A stretch of DNA of 64,000 bases, taken from contig NIVC01001638.1 of the NCBI GenBank assembly GCA_002269645.1, positions 124,001 through 188,000 on the forward strand, given 5' to 3'. The position numbers were made by a program, and so were the translations under genes. Shown piece after piece: positions 1 to 12,600 of this stretch; position 1 is the stretch's first letter, and every line of letters starts with the position of its first letter. This DNA is from Macrostomum lignano (Eukaryota). Below the pieces are notes generated by a model that had not been told where the DNA came from, searched no databases, and saw nothing but the letters and a program-made list of their open reading frames with translations.

Positions 1-236
1 GGCAGCTTGGCTGTCCGAATGGAAAATGATGTTCTCACAGGTAACGCCAGTGGCGAGGAGCTCTGCGGTGCAGGAGCTGATGGCAAGAACTTCATTTTGG
101 AAGACACTAGAGTTGACCCCAGTGTACTGAGCGTGGGTTGCGATAACCCTCCCGTTCAGGAAGATTCCAACACCAAACCGGTGTTGGCTGACTGCTTAGA
201 ACCATCGGTGTAGCAGTGAAGCTCACCAGGGTTCTA
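1..236 (-). pseudogene. RNase H domain of the non-LTR element
   Basis: Manual translation HCYTDGSKQSANTG / FGVGIF...SSVFQNEVLAI...IIFHSDSQAA, with one frameshift and an upstream TAG. Confidence 0.85.
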
Positions 237-1769
237 GTGGTCATTGATGGTTTCGCGCGAGTCGATAGCTACGGAGTAGCGTTGTCTCAGGTTGAGCGTT
301 GAGGCAATGCCATCGGTGAAGACGCGATTGGCCTGACACTCGTTGAGAATGTTGAGGCACAGGTCGCTATGCGGGACGAGGTTCCGCTTAGCAGGTGCCC
401 TCATGTAAAGGAATTTGACACCGGCATCAAGTAAACGCCGCGTCGTTCTAGCCGCCTCACCCCTGACGAAGAGGTCAAGAGGCGGTAGATTAAGGAAGGC
501 CTCCATGCCGGCAAAGGGCGTGGACCTGGTGGCGTTGCAGATAAGCCAACACGCTCTGCCCTCGATCGTGTTGAGCAAATCTGCATGGCTTTTGACCTGG
601 GTAGCGCTAACCCAGACAATAGAAGCCGTAATGGCAGGTCTAACTACGGAAGTATAGACCCACCAAAGCCGTTTTGGGGATAGACCCCAAAAAGTGCCAA
701 ATACTTGTCGGAGCTGGGCCAGAATGGCTGAGGCACGCCTGACTTTTGCTTTCACGTGGAAGGACCAGTTGAGCCGGTGGTCAAGTATGACCCCGAGACA
801 TCTGGTCTGGTGCGCGAAGGCAATATCTCTGCCGTATAACTGTAGAGGTCGTATGTTCCAGCGTATTCTGCTGGTGAATATAATAGCAACAGTTTTGGGC
901 TCAGAGAGTTCCAAACAATTGTCATTGGCCCAGAATTCTGTTTTGCGGATAGAGCTCTGCATCAGATCCCTGAGCGTGCTGGGGGACGGCCCTGCCACAA
1001 TGCCAGTGACATCGTCAGCATACCCGACTTTGAAGACGGAATCAGGTCGGGAGTCGCCCAGAAGAGCGTCCATGACTGCTCTCCCAGAAGAGCGTCTTGG
1101 TGAGGACTCCGCCTTGGGGTCCACCCTTACAGACTCTGGCGGAGGCAGTTTGCCCTAGGAGTTGGGCAGTGACCATACGGGTGGACATCACGTACATGAT
1201 CCACCGTATGAGAGTAGCATGAGCTTTGCGATTTTGAAGGGCCCTCTGAAACGCTTCAAAAATGACGTTGTCGAAGGCGCCAACAATGTCGAGAAAAAGA
1301 GCCAGGGCGTAACCGTCGTCCGTCACCCAGTACCGCCCGTTTAATCTTCTCGACTATCGCATGCAGGGTGCTATCAGTCGACCTCCCGGTACGGAAGGCG
1401 TACTGATTATTGCTGAGGGGCATCGCTGTCAGCTCGCATGAAACCATGCAGCCGCCTCTCAGTGAGCTTAAGCATTGCTGATGTTAAGCTAATTGGCCTG
1501 AGTGCCTTGACGCTCTTGTAGTCACCCTTCCAAGGTTTGGGAATGAAGACTACCCGAGCTTCGGGCCAGCACTTGGGAACGTATCCCCCCAGCTGGATAG
1601 AGGCCCGCATGAGATTGCGGGTAAGTCTCAAGAACGAGGGTATCTTAGCTGCTTCACAAAGAAGAACAGGGTAGATACCATCAGGTCCATGAGATTTGAA
1701 AGGCTTGAAGGTTTTGCGAGCGATCAAGTCTTCAGTGATAATGCCCGTCGCTAGGGTGGCTCCATCCAT
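234..1769 (-). pseudogene. Reverse transcriptase domain (frameshifted) of the non-LTR element
   Basis: ORFs 1407..1769, 1256..1447, 1042..1326 and 234..1124 carry consecutive non-LTR RT motifs, ending in LSPKRLWWVYTSVVRPAI. Confidence 0.9.
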
Positions 1770-2201
1770 CGAATGGTTGGTTCCGATCTAGCAGTGGGTA
1801 CCCTCGGGAAGAATGTGCTGAGCATATGTTGAAGCACTTCTTCAGGGTTTTCAGTAAGAGAGCCATCATCTTTTCTGATCATAGCTAATTTGGACATTTG
1901 TCCATTGTAAGGGCCTTGACAAGCCTAAAAGTAAGGTCTGTCTTGATCAGACTCATTGCAGAACTGGCGCCATTTACATTCCTTGGCCTTGCGCACTTCA
2001 GATTTGAAGTTGCGGGAGGCTTGCCGGAAAAGCTCCATGTCCTCCGGGTTTCCCGTCTTCATGGCACGGCGGTGAAGGCTTTTGGGCTTCCGCCTGTGTT
2101 TCCCCAGCTCCGGGTTCCACCACGGCGCCGAGGTCGTGCCTTTGTAGGCACGGACAGGGCAGGCCGCTTCATAGGCTGCAATAATGCAACCTGTCAGCGT
2201 C

Positions 2202-3000
2202 TCAGCGTATGGTCCACATCCTCGCAGGTCTCAATCGGACGTAAGTCCGTGAGTTCCTGCAGGTGCAGATCAAGGGTAGCCTTATAGGCCGCCCAATCGG
2301 TGTTGCGGATATTACGCCTCCAATTGATCGAGGACTGGGGCTTAGTGTCCGCAATGCTAAAGACGATAAAGCAGTGGTCAGACAGGGAGGGCTCCTCAGA
2401 CCAGACTCTATACTCCTCAACTCTGTCAAAGAGTCTTGGGTAACGAGTGTGGCATCGAAGACCTCATTCCATCTGCCATTGTTAAAGGTAGGAGTGCTAC
2501 CGCGGTTGCAGAGCATGAGGTTTGTGTTAGAGATGAGGGCCAGATGCTCCTCCCCTTTAGTATTGGTGTCTTCGCTGCCCCAGTGCTTATGGTGTGCGTT
2601 GAGGTCGCCCCTAAGCACAGCTCAGCGTTCTGGGACTCGCAGTATTGCGCAAGGCGCAGTGGACTCTCAGGTGCAGGGCCTCTGTCGCCTGGAATATAAA
2701 TCGAAGCAACGAGACACGTCCGCGGAGAGAGATGATTAGATTGGATGACACAGAGGTCTCCATCAGAGAGATCAGTCCTCAGCCAAGCCTGGAGATGGCT
2801 GGCAGCGAGGATAGCCGCTCTAGGGCGGCTGTTCCCCGGGCCACACACAAAAATCAGAGTAGCCAGAAGGAATGTTGGGCAACTTACCGCTGCGCATCCA
2901 GGGTTCCTGGATCAGGATGAGGCCTGGCCTCTAAAGCTCAGCAATCTTCATCAGATTTACTGACGCAGATATGCAATTGTCGAATAAACTAAAAATACGA
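2202..3000 (-). pseudogene. AP-endonuclease domain of the non-LTR element
   Basis: ORFs 2426..2848 and 2202..2618: VASIYIP, GDLNAHH..WGS, LCNRGSTPTF, WR....PSLSDHC; QEPW motif further upstream. Confidence 0.88.
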
Positions 3001-3322
3001 GCTGTAAGTGAATAGCGGGGCAGAAAAGAAGAAGGGCCTAAGCCGCGGGTTGAAGTTGTATTTATACTAACAATAATAAACATGTTAGCTGAATTATCTA
3101 TGGTGAATTAAAGATTGAGATTGTCTGTGGGGAAGAGCATGGTAGACGAAGGGAGTCGGCTAACTGAAAAGCACAAGGCTGAATTGCAAAACAGAAAGTA
3201 AAAATATTCAGAGGATAGAAATCCAACAGGCTCGGAGGGGGCAAAAGGTAACGATGTATAGAGGGGATTTTGAACGGTAAAAACAGTGGAATGATTAGAT
3301 AGCGAGTATTTGCGCATTGAGT

Positions 3323-4400
3323 TTAGTTCGTGGAAGCGGTAAAATGTTTAGTCAGGTGTAACAATAATTCCGCGCCGGAAGCCGAGGCGGCAGGCGGGCC
3401 AACAGACGGGCTGGTAAGCGGTCCGGCAGACGGGCCGGCAAGCGGGCCGGCAGACGAGACGGGAAGCATATTTCTTGGTGTCAGCGCCGATGACGAGGTT
3501 GTCGACGTAGAGGCCGCCGATAATGCACTCGAGCTCGTGTCGGGTGAGGTCAAAATCTCCAGAGTTAATTGCGTCCAAGCAGATCTTGTGGAGGACCGAC
3601 AGGAGAATCCACGGGCTGGGAGAGGCGTCCATGACGATGCGAGTGAAGCGCCAGAGCTCGAAGTTGCCGTCGATGAGCATTTAGAGATGGCTCTTGGGAG
3701 AATGATACGGAGAGCGTCTCGATGGCGTTCATTGACCCCGATCTGATAGAACGCAGCTTGGAAGTCGGACGAGATGGCGAAGCGGTGGGCGCGATGGACT
3801 AAAAGGACTCGGAGTAGAGAGTCAGCAGGTTTGGTCCAGGCTCTAGAAAATCATAGAGCGTAGCGCCGGCAAGAAAGGTCTTTGCTGATGCGTCGACAAC
3901 GGGGCGAATTTTTGTGGTGTTCGAGCTTTCCTTGGTGACTGGGAAGTGCGGCAGAATCTGGATGACTGGGCCAGCTACCTGGCCAGGGCTGACTCGTTCC
4001 TGGACACCTTCTTGCTTGCGCTTCTCAAACTCGGCGTAAGAAGGCCTCGCGCTCGGGAAGGCTGAGGCGGCGGTGGGTGGCTTGAGCACGACCAAAGGCC
4101 TGGCCAAAGTTGGAAGGTAGGAGCTCGGCACCAGGCTCGAATGGCAGGTCGACGGAGATTCGACCGTCAGTATCGCGCGTGATGGAGTCGGGCAGGCGCT
4201 CCTGGGGTCTGTCGTTCCTGGGGTCAGGCCTTTCAGCATCCTTTGCTGTGCCGAGAGCTTCGAGGTTGGACATGCGTTGGTCGAGGTGAAGGTTGTCGTT
4301 GTTAAGGAAAGTGTTCGCAATGACCACTTGCGAGGAGCCGAGGAAGCCATTGAGACGAGAGGCTGTGGTGTCGAGGGAGCCGTCGAGGATGGCCCTGGAG
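3323..4400 (-). mobile_element. BEL/Pao LTR retrotransposon pol fragment (RT), degenerate
   Basis: ITRDTDGRISVDLPF...SNFGQA, LPHFPVTKESSNTTKIRPVVDASAK, LYDFLEPGPNLL, ADFQAAFYQIG and LYVDNLVIG match Pao-type RT motifs. Confidence 0.88.
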
Positions 4401-5400
4401 GGTGTCGGGCAGGCTGTGAGAGTCGGTCGAAGAGCTTGGGCGGGTACGTTAGGGCCGATAAGCTGACTGGCGTTGCTGCAGGGACAAGAACTCTTTGGCT
4501 CTTGGCTGGCAGTAGAACTAAACTGCGTGGCTGGGCGAGATGTAATGTCGGCGCGAGGAGCGGGATCAGGTCGATCGGCGCCTGACGATAAGCGATTGCC
4601 GGTGCTGCGGGCTTATGGCGGCTGGGAACTGGCGTTGCCCAGAAGGATGGCGGAAGCGAAGGGCGCAGCCGGCGGGGTAGTGGAAGCGGCTCTGAGCGTC
4701 TTCAGCTTGCAGTCGAGGTGGCTGTGGAGCTGTTTTATAGTTGCATGAGAGGCTGCCCGTTGCGGATCTCGTTCTGCAGCTCGATCCAGAGGCGGCTCCA
4801 GAGTGCGTAGACGTAGCCGTCGAGGGTGCAGGCGAGCTCGCCAAGGTGGGAGAGCTGGCCGGTAGCGAGTCGGAGGGCGTCGGTGTAGGTCTCGAGCTCG
4901 TCTACGTCGGAGGCAGAGCTGCAGCATAGTCCGAGGAGGCGTTGGAAGCAGGTGTTTTTCTGCTCCTGGGCGTCGGCGTAGTTAGCCTGGTGGACGCGGC
5001 AGGCCTCAGCGTAGGCGTTGGGTTGGTAGGCATTGAGGGCGCCCAGCTTCCTGCGGGCGCGGCCGGATAGGAGACCGCGGAGTGCCTCGAACGACGTCGT
5101 TGAGGCTGGATTGATCGACGCGGTAGATGAAGGCGTCCCAGAACCCAGAAAATGCAGCAGGTCGGTGCCGTCGAGTGTCGGGAGACGGACCTTTTTGAGA
5201 ACAGTGGAGCGGATGAGCCCGGACGGATCATGAGCATCTGATGCAGGCGTTGATGCAACTGGTGTCGAGGCTGGACGGACATTGGCGGCGAGCTGCTGAA
5301 TAAGCTGCTAGTTCCGCCAGTGAACGAGCCGAGAGAACCCGAGGCCCCGCTAGGGGCCGAGGGCGAGTAAATAATTTCTACCCATGGCGGCCGAAGAAAA
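4400..5400 (-). mobile_element. GC-rich low-complexity coding-like region upstream of the BEL pol; possible gag/protease remnant
   Basis: Contiguous with the BEL pol, same composition and strand; no diagnostic motif recognised. Confidence 0.35.
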
Positions 5401-5615
5401 AAACTTCACGTTTTTTCGCCAAAAATGCTTCTGTTTTGCAACCACTGCACTGATTGAGTTGAGTGAGTTGTCGATCGATAGAAAACTTTTAGATCTATCG
5501 AATGAAATTTACTTTCAAGTGCAGAGATTTTTTAACTAAGCCTTAAATTAACTTGAAAGACGATTTTTTCAAAAGTGCTTCTAGGAGATCTCAAAATTCT
5601 GGTACACCTTACGAG

Positions 5616-6922
5616 TAGGGGTGTTCGGGGTTCGGGGTCGGGTTTCGGGTCGGGTTTTGGTACCGGGTTCGGGGTTCGGGGTAGGTGTTCCGGGTCGGGT
5701 TCGGGGTTCGGGGTAGGGGTACAGGGTTCGGGGTTCGGGGTAGGAGTACAGGGTTCGGGGTTCGGGTCGGGTTTGGCCACCGGGTTTTCGGGGGTTTCGG
5801 GATTTTGAACAATTATCATTCTCAAGAGTATTTTCAAGCACTTTTTACTCCTTATGCAAAATCCACAATGCGAAAGATATGCATTGAGTTTCAGGTACAA
5901 CTTAATTTATATTTTACATACAATTTGAAACGGAAATAGCAGATAGAACCATGGATTCATTTACACTTTCTGGTAAATAACGATTGTCGTTTTTCGACCC
6001 ATTCAGTCTTGCAGTTGATGATTTAAAAAATTACGTTCAGTAATAATTTTACATGTGCTACGTGTAACATGGTCTGAACTTCTGGATTGGATGAGGAAGC
6101 TTAAAATTTATAAATACACTATTATTCTCCACGCATCAGTCGCCAATAATTTATTATCACAATGATTACCTACTCATATCAGCATACAATTTTATGTAAA
6201 GACGTCACTTTAGTTTTTACATAGCAATTCTGTTATACCACTACTGACTTACTGTTAACTGTAGTCAAAAGTAAAAATAAATATATATTTGTGATTAACT
6301 CTCCTGTTTCATTGCATCATTGTTTTATCTGTGCTATCTCTTTATCGCTCTAGTTCTATCTCTACTGATATCTACACTACAGGGTATAATCTAATTTTAT
6401 TGTACTCTATTTTTGCAGCCTAAATAAACTCATAGATGTAATATTACTATGAAAGCAATTTCGTTGTAAGTATAGGTACGAAATGGTCCTGATTTTAGTT
6501 GTGAACTTTCATGTATCTTACTATTAGATCTTGGGTCTTGGTATTCCTTCCATCCCAATCCCAATCCCATTGCAAGAAGTGTTTCATATTTCTTTTCCTA
6601 GTTGTAGAGTAGCTAAGGGAAATAAAACCACAAGGCTATGTGGTTGAAGCTGTTAAGGCACATCTCAATATATAAAACTGAATTTAAAACTGAAATTCAA
6701 AACTGAAAACTGAAAAATTGAAAACTGAAAATTGAATTTATTAAAATGATTGACCAAAATAAGCGTGAAATGTTCGGGGTTACGTTCGGGTCGGGTCGGG
6801 TTTTGGTACCGGGTTCGGGGTTGGAAGAAATGTTCGGGACGGGGTTCGGGGTTCGGGGTAGGGGTACCGGGTTCGGGGTAAACCCCGAACCCCGAAAAAA
6901 ATGGCCGACCCGAACACCCCTA
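5616..6922. mobile_element. Non-autonomous hAT-like element (MITE), 1307 bp
   Basis: TIR TAGGGGTGTTCGGG / CCCGAACACCCCTA; perfect 8-bp TSD CTTACGAG at 5608-5615 and 6923-6930; subterminal GGGGTTC repeats. Confidence 0.88.
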
Positions 6923-7914
6923 CTTACGAGATACGGCTTCGACATCTGAAGATCAAAGTTGTCGAATTAAATTTCCTACAAAATGGTATATGGCGCTTTG
7001 ATTTATTTCTGCATCTTTATGCAGTTTTGGTGGGTTTTTTGGGTAAAGAAATGACCCTTATTTTATTATTTCGCCCCTTTTTCCTACGAAGCTTTTTGAG
7101 TTTGGGCTTCAAAGCAGTGCTTTTAGATGTGCAATGCAAATATCTACAAGTGTCTAGAGTTTTGTTTTCCTACGATTCTGCAGTGCTGAGAAAATCGACA
7201 AGAATCGATTTTCAAAAAATCACATGAGTTTCGCATTATTGCTCATTATAATTTTGAGACCATGGTGCGAATAATCCGACTTCGAATTTCCATAGCTTAT
7301 GTAGTTGCTGTACTATATTGGTTTGAACTGCCGCCATCTGATTTCGCTGCTTTCGGGTTGAAAAATCGATCAGAAATCGATAATTCGTGATTTTTGGCTG
7401 ATTGGGTGCCCGAAAAATGGATGAATAAAATTTTAAAAGAATGTTAGATCAAAGGCGGATACCGCAACGAGTCGTCCTTATGTCTGGCTAAAATCAACCA
7501 AGTTTTTAAGTGTCTGCAACATCAGGCAAAAAACGCAATAGGACGGCAATGTTTTTATGACGCCTGATTTCCCACATAACGAGGCACATTTGTGTGCAAT
7601 TTCTAGAGATTCGGTTCATTGGGTAAAAAATTATCGATAAAAAACTGAAAACATGATTTTTGACACTTTTGTTACTTCCGGGGCTAAATAACCGGGAAAT
7701 GGTAGGAATTTTGCACTGAAACCAATGCACAGTGTTTCAGACAGTTAATGTAACAAATTTCTTCAGTTTCATAACCATTCGATGTTTTCTTCAGGTAAAA
7801 AACGCATTTTTTGCACCAAAATTCATCCGATTAAGCTGCATACCGCTTTGCAAAATTTGCATTTGCATGCGATTGCTTGCATGGCTTTGGCGTTGGGCTG
7901 AGTTAAGCTGGTTA

Positions 7915-7950
7915 GAAAGGAAAGGAAAGGAAAGGAAAGGAAAGGAAAGG
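7915..7950. repeat. (GAAAG)n microsatellite
   Basis: About 7 units, read directly. Confidence 0.95.
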
Positions 7951-8045
7951 AAGGAATAATCGTACATACAATGTACACTCCCGTCCCTTCTAAGTGGGAG
8001 GCTGTGACGACGTGAGGGCTTGGGCCGGAGGGGCGTCAATAGAGC

Positions 8046-10218
8046 GGGTCTATGAAATTTGCTAGCAGGAAATCTGCTAGCCGAAGTTTGCTAGCCGAAA
8101 TGTGCTAGCCGAAATCCGCTAGCCGAAATGTGCTAGCCGAAATCCGCTAGCAGGAAATCTGCTAGCCGAAGTTTGCTAGCAGGAATTTTGCTAGCGAGGA
8201 TTTTGCTAGCCGAAATCTGTTAGCGATAATCTAACCAAAACCGGCGAACAGCAATTTACGAAGTTGTAATTTGCTAGAGACATTTTTTCTTGTTCAATTT
8301 CGCAAGAAACTTTGCAGGACTTATCATGCATGACAAATAAATTTGCGTTTTTCGCTCTAATGACTCTCTTTGTCGTGCTTATTAGCAGTGATCTGCAAAT
8401 TGCAATATATAATAATAATTGCAGCCTGCATTGTTGTATCGTAATATAATGCAATTAAAAATTACTAAATCAGAAATTAATGGCTGGTAGTGGCCGTATA
8501 TGGTATATAAGTTGTATATTTACTCGTACGAATCAAAGCAGCTCAAATCGGAATCAAAACACAGCAAATAACATGCAACAGCTACGAGAGCAAGGCAGCT
8601 AGCAAAATCCTTGCTAGCAAAATTCCTGCTAGCAAACTTCGGCTAGCAGGTTTCGGCTAGCACATTTCGGCTAGCACATTTCGGCTAGCACATTTCGGCT
8701 AGCACATTTCGGCTAGCACATTTCGGCTAGCACATTTCGGCTAGCAGATTTCGGCTAGCACATTTCGGCTAGCAAACTTCGGCTAGCACATTTCGGCTAG
8801 CACATTTCGGCTAGCACATTTCGGCTAGCAAACTTCGGCTAGCACATTTCGGCTAGCAAACTTCGGCTAGCACATTTCGGCTAGCAGATTTCGGCTAGCA
8901 CATTTCGGCTAGCAAACTTCGGCTAGCACATTACGGCTAGCACATTTCGGCTAGCAGATTTCGGCTAGCACATTTCGGCTAGCAAACTTCGGCTAGCACA
9001 TTTCGGCTAGCACATTTCGGCTAGCACATTTCGGCTAGCAAACTTCGGCTAGCACATTTCGGCTAGCAAACTTCGGCTAGCACATTTCGGCTAGCAGATT
9101 TCGGCTAGCACATTTCGGCTAGCAAACTTCGGCTAGCACATTTCGGCTAGCACATTTCGGCTAGCAGATTTCGGCTAGCAGATTTCGGCTAGCACATTTC
9201 GGCTAGCAGATTTCGGCTAGCACATTTCGGCTAGCAAACTTCGGCTAGCACATTTCGGCTAGCACATTTCGGCTAGCACATTTCGGCTAGCAAACTTCGG
9301 CTAGCACATTTCGGCTAGCAAACTTCGGCTAGCACATTTCGGCTAGCAGATTTCGGCTAGCACATTTCGGCTAGCAAACTTCGGCTAGCACATTACGGCT
9401 AGCACATTTCGGCTAGCAGATTTCGGCTAGCACATTTCGGCTAGCAAACTTCGGCTAGCACATTTCGGCTAGCACATTTCGGCTAGCACATTTCGGCTAG
9501 CAAACTTCGGCTAGCACATTTCGGCTAGCAAACTTCGGCTAGCACATTTCGGCTAGCAGATTTCGGCTAGCACATTTCGGCTAGCAAACTTCGGCTAGCA
9601 CATTTCGGCTAGCACATTTCGGCTAGCAGATTTCGGCTAGCAGATTTCGGCTAGCACATTTCGGCTAGCAGATTTCGGCTAGCACATTTCGGCTAGCAAA
9701 CTTCGGCTAGCACATTTCGGCTAGCAAACTTCGGCTAGCACATTTCGGCTAGCACATTTCGGCTAGCAGATTTCGGCTAGCACATTTCGGCTAGCAAACT
9801 TCGGCTAGCACATTTCGGCTAGCAGATTTCGGCTAGCACATTTCGGCTAGCAAACTTCGGCTAGCACATTTCGGCTAGCAGATTTCGGCTAGCACATTTC
9901 GGCTAGCAGATTTCGGCTAGCACATTTCGGCTAGCAGATTTCGGCTAGCACATTTCGGCTAGCAAACTTCGGCTAGCACATTTCGGCTAGCAAACTTCGG
10001 CTAGCACATTTCGGCTAGCAAACTTCGGCTAGCACATTTCGGCTAGCAGATTTCGGCTAGCAGATTTCGGCTAGCAAACTTCGGCTAGCACATTTCGGCT
10101 AGCACATTTCGGCTAGCACATTTCGGCTAGCACATTTCGGCTAGCAGATTTCGGCAAGCAAATTTCTCGCTAGCAAACTTCGGCTAGCAGATTTTCTGCT
10201 AGCAGATCTCGTACTCCC
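8046..10218. mobile_element. Foldback-type non-autonomous DNA transposon with opposed 14-bp tandem arrays
   Basis: Degenerate TIR GGGTCTATGAAATTTGCTAGC vs reverse-complement GGGAGTACGAGATCTGCTAGC; direct repeat AATAGAGC at 8038-8045 and 10219-10226 (8 bp, or 9 with the adjacent C); short left array opposes a long right array. Confidence 0.8.
8597..10205. repeat. 14-bp minisatellite (CACATTTCGGCTAG / CAAACTTCGGCTAG / CAGATTTCGGCTAG), roughly 115 units
   Basis: Read directly; no unique spacers. Confidence 0.97.
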
Positions 10219-10719
10219 AATAGAGCTTCATTTGCTTCGCACACAGACCAAGGAAAATTAAACCGATAAACAGGCGTCATGTGATTAGAACTTAGTATTA
10301 AATTTAGCTCTTTAACTGCACATTTAAATTGACAAAGTTTAGCGGGTGGCAAGCTCCAAGTCACAACGAGTACGTGTACAATCCCTTCCCCAGACCAAAA
10401 GGTGAGATACAGCTTATGAAGTAGCAATGTATAGTGTTTTGAAATGACTTTATTTATAGCTTTCTTTGCAACCCCGTTGGAGAAGAGGAAGAGGCTTAGG
10501 GTACCTATGCCAGTTTAGTGTACAATCTAATTGAGAGTACGAGTATTATAATATGTCCCACAAAACCGGCCTGACTTTCCAAGCACTTGAGCTGATGCTA
10601 AAGATCTTGCGCCGAAAAAACCAGCTTAATGGTGCAGTATAACCCTTCAACGCTCTGGAGACTTTTAGAAAATTTTTTAGATCGATGACTATTATAGAAG
10701 ATTCCAGTTCATCATGGCT

Positions 10720-11240
10720 GGAATTCTCTCTCTTTTCTCTCTCCTCTCTCAATCTCTCCTCTCTTCTCTCTACTATATTTTCTACTTTATATAGAAAATT
10801 ATATAGTATTTTCTACTTTTCTACTTTATATATTTCTACTTTATTTCTACTTTATATTTCTCTTATATATTCTCTACTTTATTTTCTATCTCCTGAGGAG
10901 AGAAGACCTGACGAAGAATTTACCAAATTTAAAATATCGCCAACATTAACATTAACTACATTGACTTATAAGTCCTTTCTTCACCGAATCAGCGCCTTAG
11001 ATTGGTCCTCTCTACTCATTTCTCCCTTCTCTACTCTCTTCTCTCTCATCTCTCTTCTTTCATCTCTCATCTCATCTCCTCTCTTTACTTTCTCTTCTCT
11101 CCTTTCTTTCTCTCTCCTTTTCTCTCCTGCCTTCCCACTTCATTCCCGTCTCACTCCCCTCTTCTCTCCCCTCTCTCTGCTGTCATCGCTATTCTCTTTT
11201 TCTGTCATCACTCATCTCTCATCTCTTCCTTTTTTCTCTT
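10720..11240. repeat. CT-rich low-complexity tract
   Basis: Pyrimidine-rich simple sequence; the Leu/Ser ORFs here are artefacts. Confidence 0.9.
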
Positions 11241-11269
11241 AAGGAATTTAGGATTTAGGATTAGGATCT

Positions 11270-11800
11270 CGAGTACAAAATTTGGTGCCATTTGGAGGGC
11301 TGGTGCAGAATTCCTCCTCAGCTGGAGCGGTGTGTCCAGTGATCGCAAAACTTGTAGGCAGTGGCGACGCGGGCGCGTTCAAGATGGCGGTAAAAAAAAG
11401 TCGCGCAATTCATTCCTGCGCTCCTCCGGGGTGTCGTCGGCCAGGTTCATCGCCACGCACTTTTTTGCGCCCCGTCAGAGTCCGAACGGCCGTCCAGACT
11501 CTGCGCGTCTCTTAACGTCGGGGCCGGCTGCATTGATAGACCGGACGGCGTCACCCGTGCAAATAGTGCTGGCACCTCCTGGCATCGCGGGCCAGATCAC
11601 CAAACAGCGAATGACCTCGGTTGGCTCGGACGGCCGCGCCTCTGCTGCGGCAGCAAAGCGCAGCACACCAAGGGGCACGCAGAGGTCGGCGTGGTGCGGC
11701 CAGGCGCCTGTTGCCCCCAGTCCCTGCTCCGTCGACGTCAACGCCCTCTTCACCTCGATGACTGCGATGATGCAGCAGAACAAGTAGTATGAAGACGCAC
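11270..11800 (-). mobile_element. Probable non-LTR (RTE-like) retrotransposon fragment, linker region preceding the RT
   Basis: GC-rich island; minus frame VWTAVRTLTGAKK...DDTPEERRNELRDFF resembles the pre-RT segment of RTE-like ORF2; no catalytic motif present. Confidence 0.4.
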
Positions 11801-11919
11801 ACGTCTTTTTGCCACCAGTGAACGGGCTTCTTTTTAGACGTGGGTCTTCATACTACTTGACAAACCTAGTTTTGTACCGATGAAAAAAACTTTGAGAAGC
11901 TCAAGAAAATCTGTTCTGT

Positions 11920-12170
11920 TTCTCTCCTCTCTAATCTCTCTCTCTCTAGTCTCCCCTCTCCTCGCTTCTCTCTCATCTTATCTCTTATCTCCTCTTTTCT
12001 CTTCATCCTCTAGTCTCTTTCATTTCCTCTCTCATCTGGCCCCCTGAGAGAAGAGAGGAAAGAGAGAAAAGACGAGATTGTAGATGAGATGAGAAAAGAA
12101 ATGATAGAAAATAGAGGAGAGGAGAGGAGAGAGAAGACAGACGGGAAGAGGGAGGAGAAAGGAGAGAGTA
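11920..12170. repeat. CT-rich then GA-rich low-complexity tracts
   Basis: Read directly. Confidence 0.85.
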
Positions 12171-12399
12171 GATAAGTTTTAAGGACCCCAAGGGATATAG
12201 AGAGAGGCAGATGCATGCCATAGGCCAGTTTCCACACGGGACGGCACACACATGCTTTAAACAGACGGTGCCGGATATTCTGCGCGGCAAACCAGCAAAA
12301 GAGATCAATGCTTGCCTCAAATCTTTATTTAACATAATGTACTCCAATTTTTTATTACCTCTATTCTAACTATTAAAAAGCTTTTGTTTGAATATGACT

Positions 12400-12600
12400 T
12401 AGTTCTGTTTAACGGAGAGGATTTCGATGGATTCCTCTGTTTTACGGAGAAGATTTCGATAGATTTCTGTTTCATGGAGAGAATATTGATGGAGTCCTGT
12501 TTCACGGAGAGGATTTTGGTTTTTACTTTTGATGGAGTCTTGTTTCACGGAGAGGATTTGGATTGATGGATTTCTGTCTCACGGAGAGGATTTTGATGAA
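12400..12600. repeat. Degenerate tandem repeat with core CTGTTTCACGGAGAGGATTTTGATGGA, about 5 copies
   Basis: Core recurs at ~30-45 bp spacing. Confidence 0.8.

Larger units (their letters stand above)
1..3000 (-). mobile_element. Decayed non-LTR retrotransposon ORF2 (APE endonuclease - RT - RNase H), R1/LOA/I-like group; runs off the left window edge
   Basis: Minus-strand frames give APE motifs (LILIQEPW ~2900, GDLNAHHKHWGS, PTFNNGRW..FDATL), RT motifs (GPDGIYPVLL, RPISLTS, QYAFRTGRST, FLDIVGAFD, KGGPQGGVL, YADD) and RNase H motifs. Several frameshifts and stops; no ORF1 seen. Confidence 0.92.

Noticed and set aside
5532-6949. Pro/Gly-rich ORFs and a telomere-like repeat
   Set aside because: Translations of GGGGTTC subterminal repeats inside a TSD-flanked MITE; not terminal and not a canonical telomere unit.
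8597-10205. CRISPR array
   Set aside because: Head-to-tail 14-bp units with no unique spacers, no cas genes and a eukaryotic context.
10685-12347. Long Leu/Ser/Phe-rich ORFs as membrane proteins
   Set aside because: Artefacts of CT-rich low-complexity DNA.
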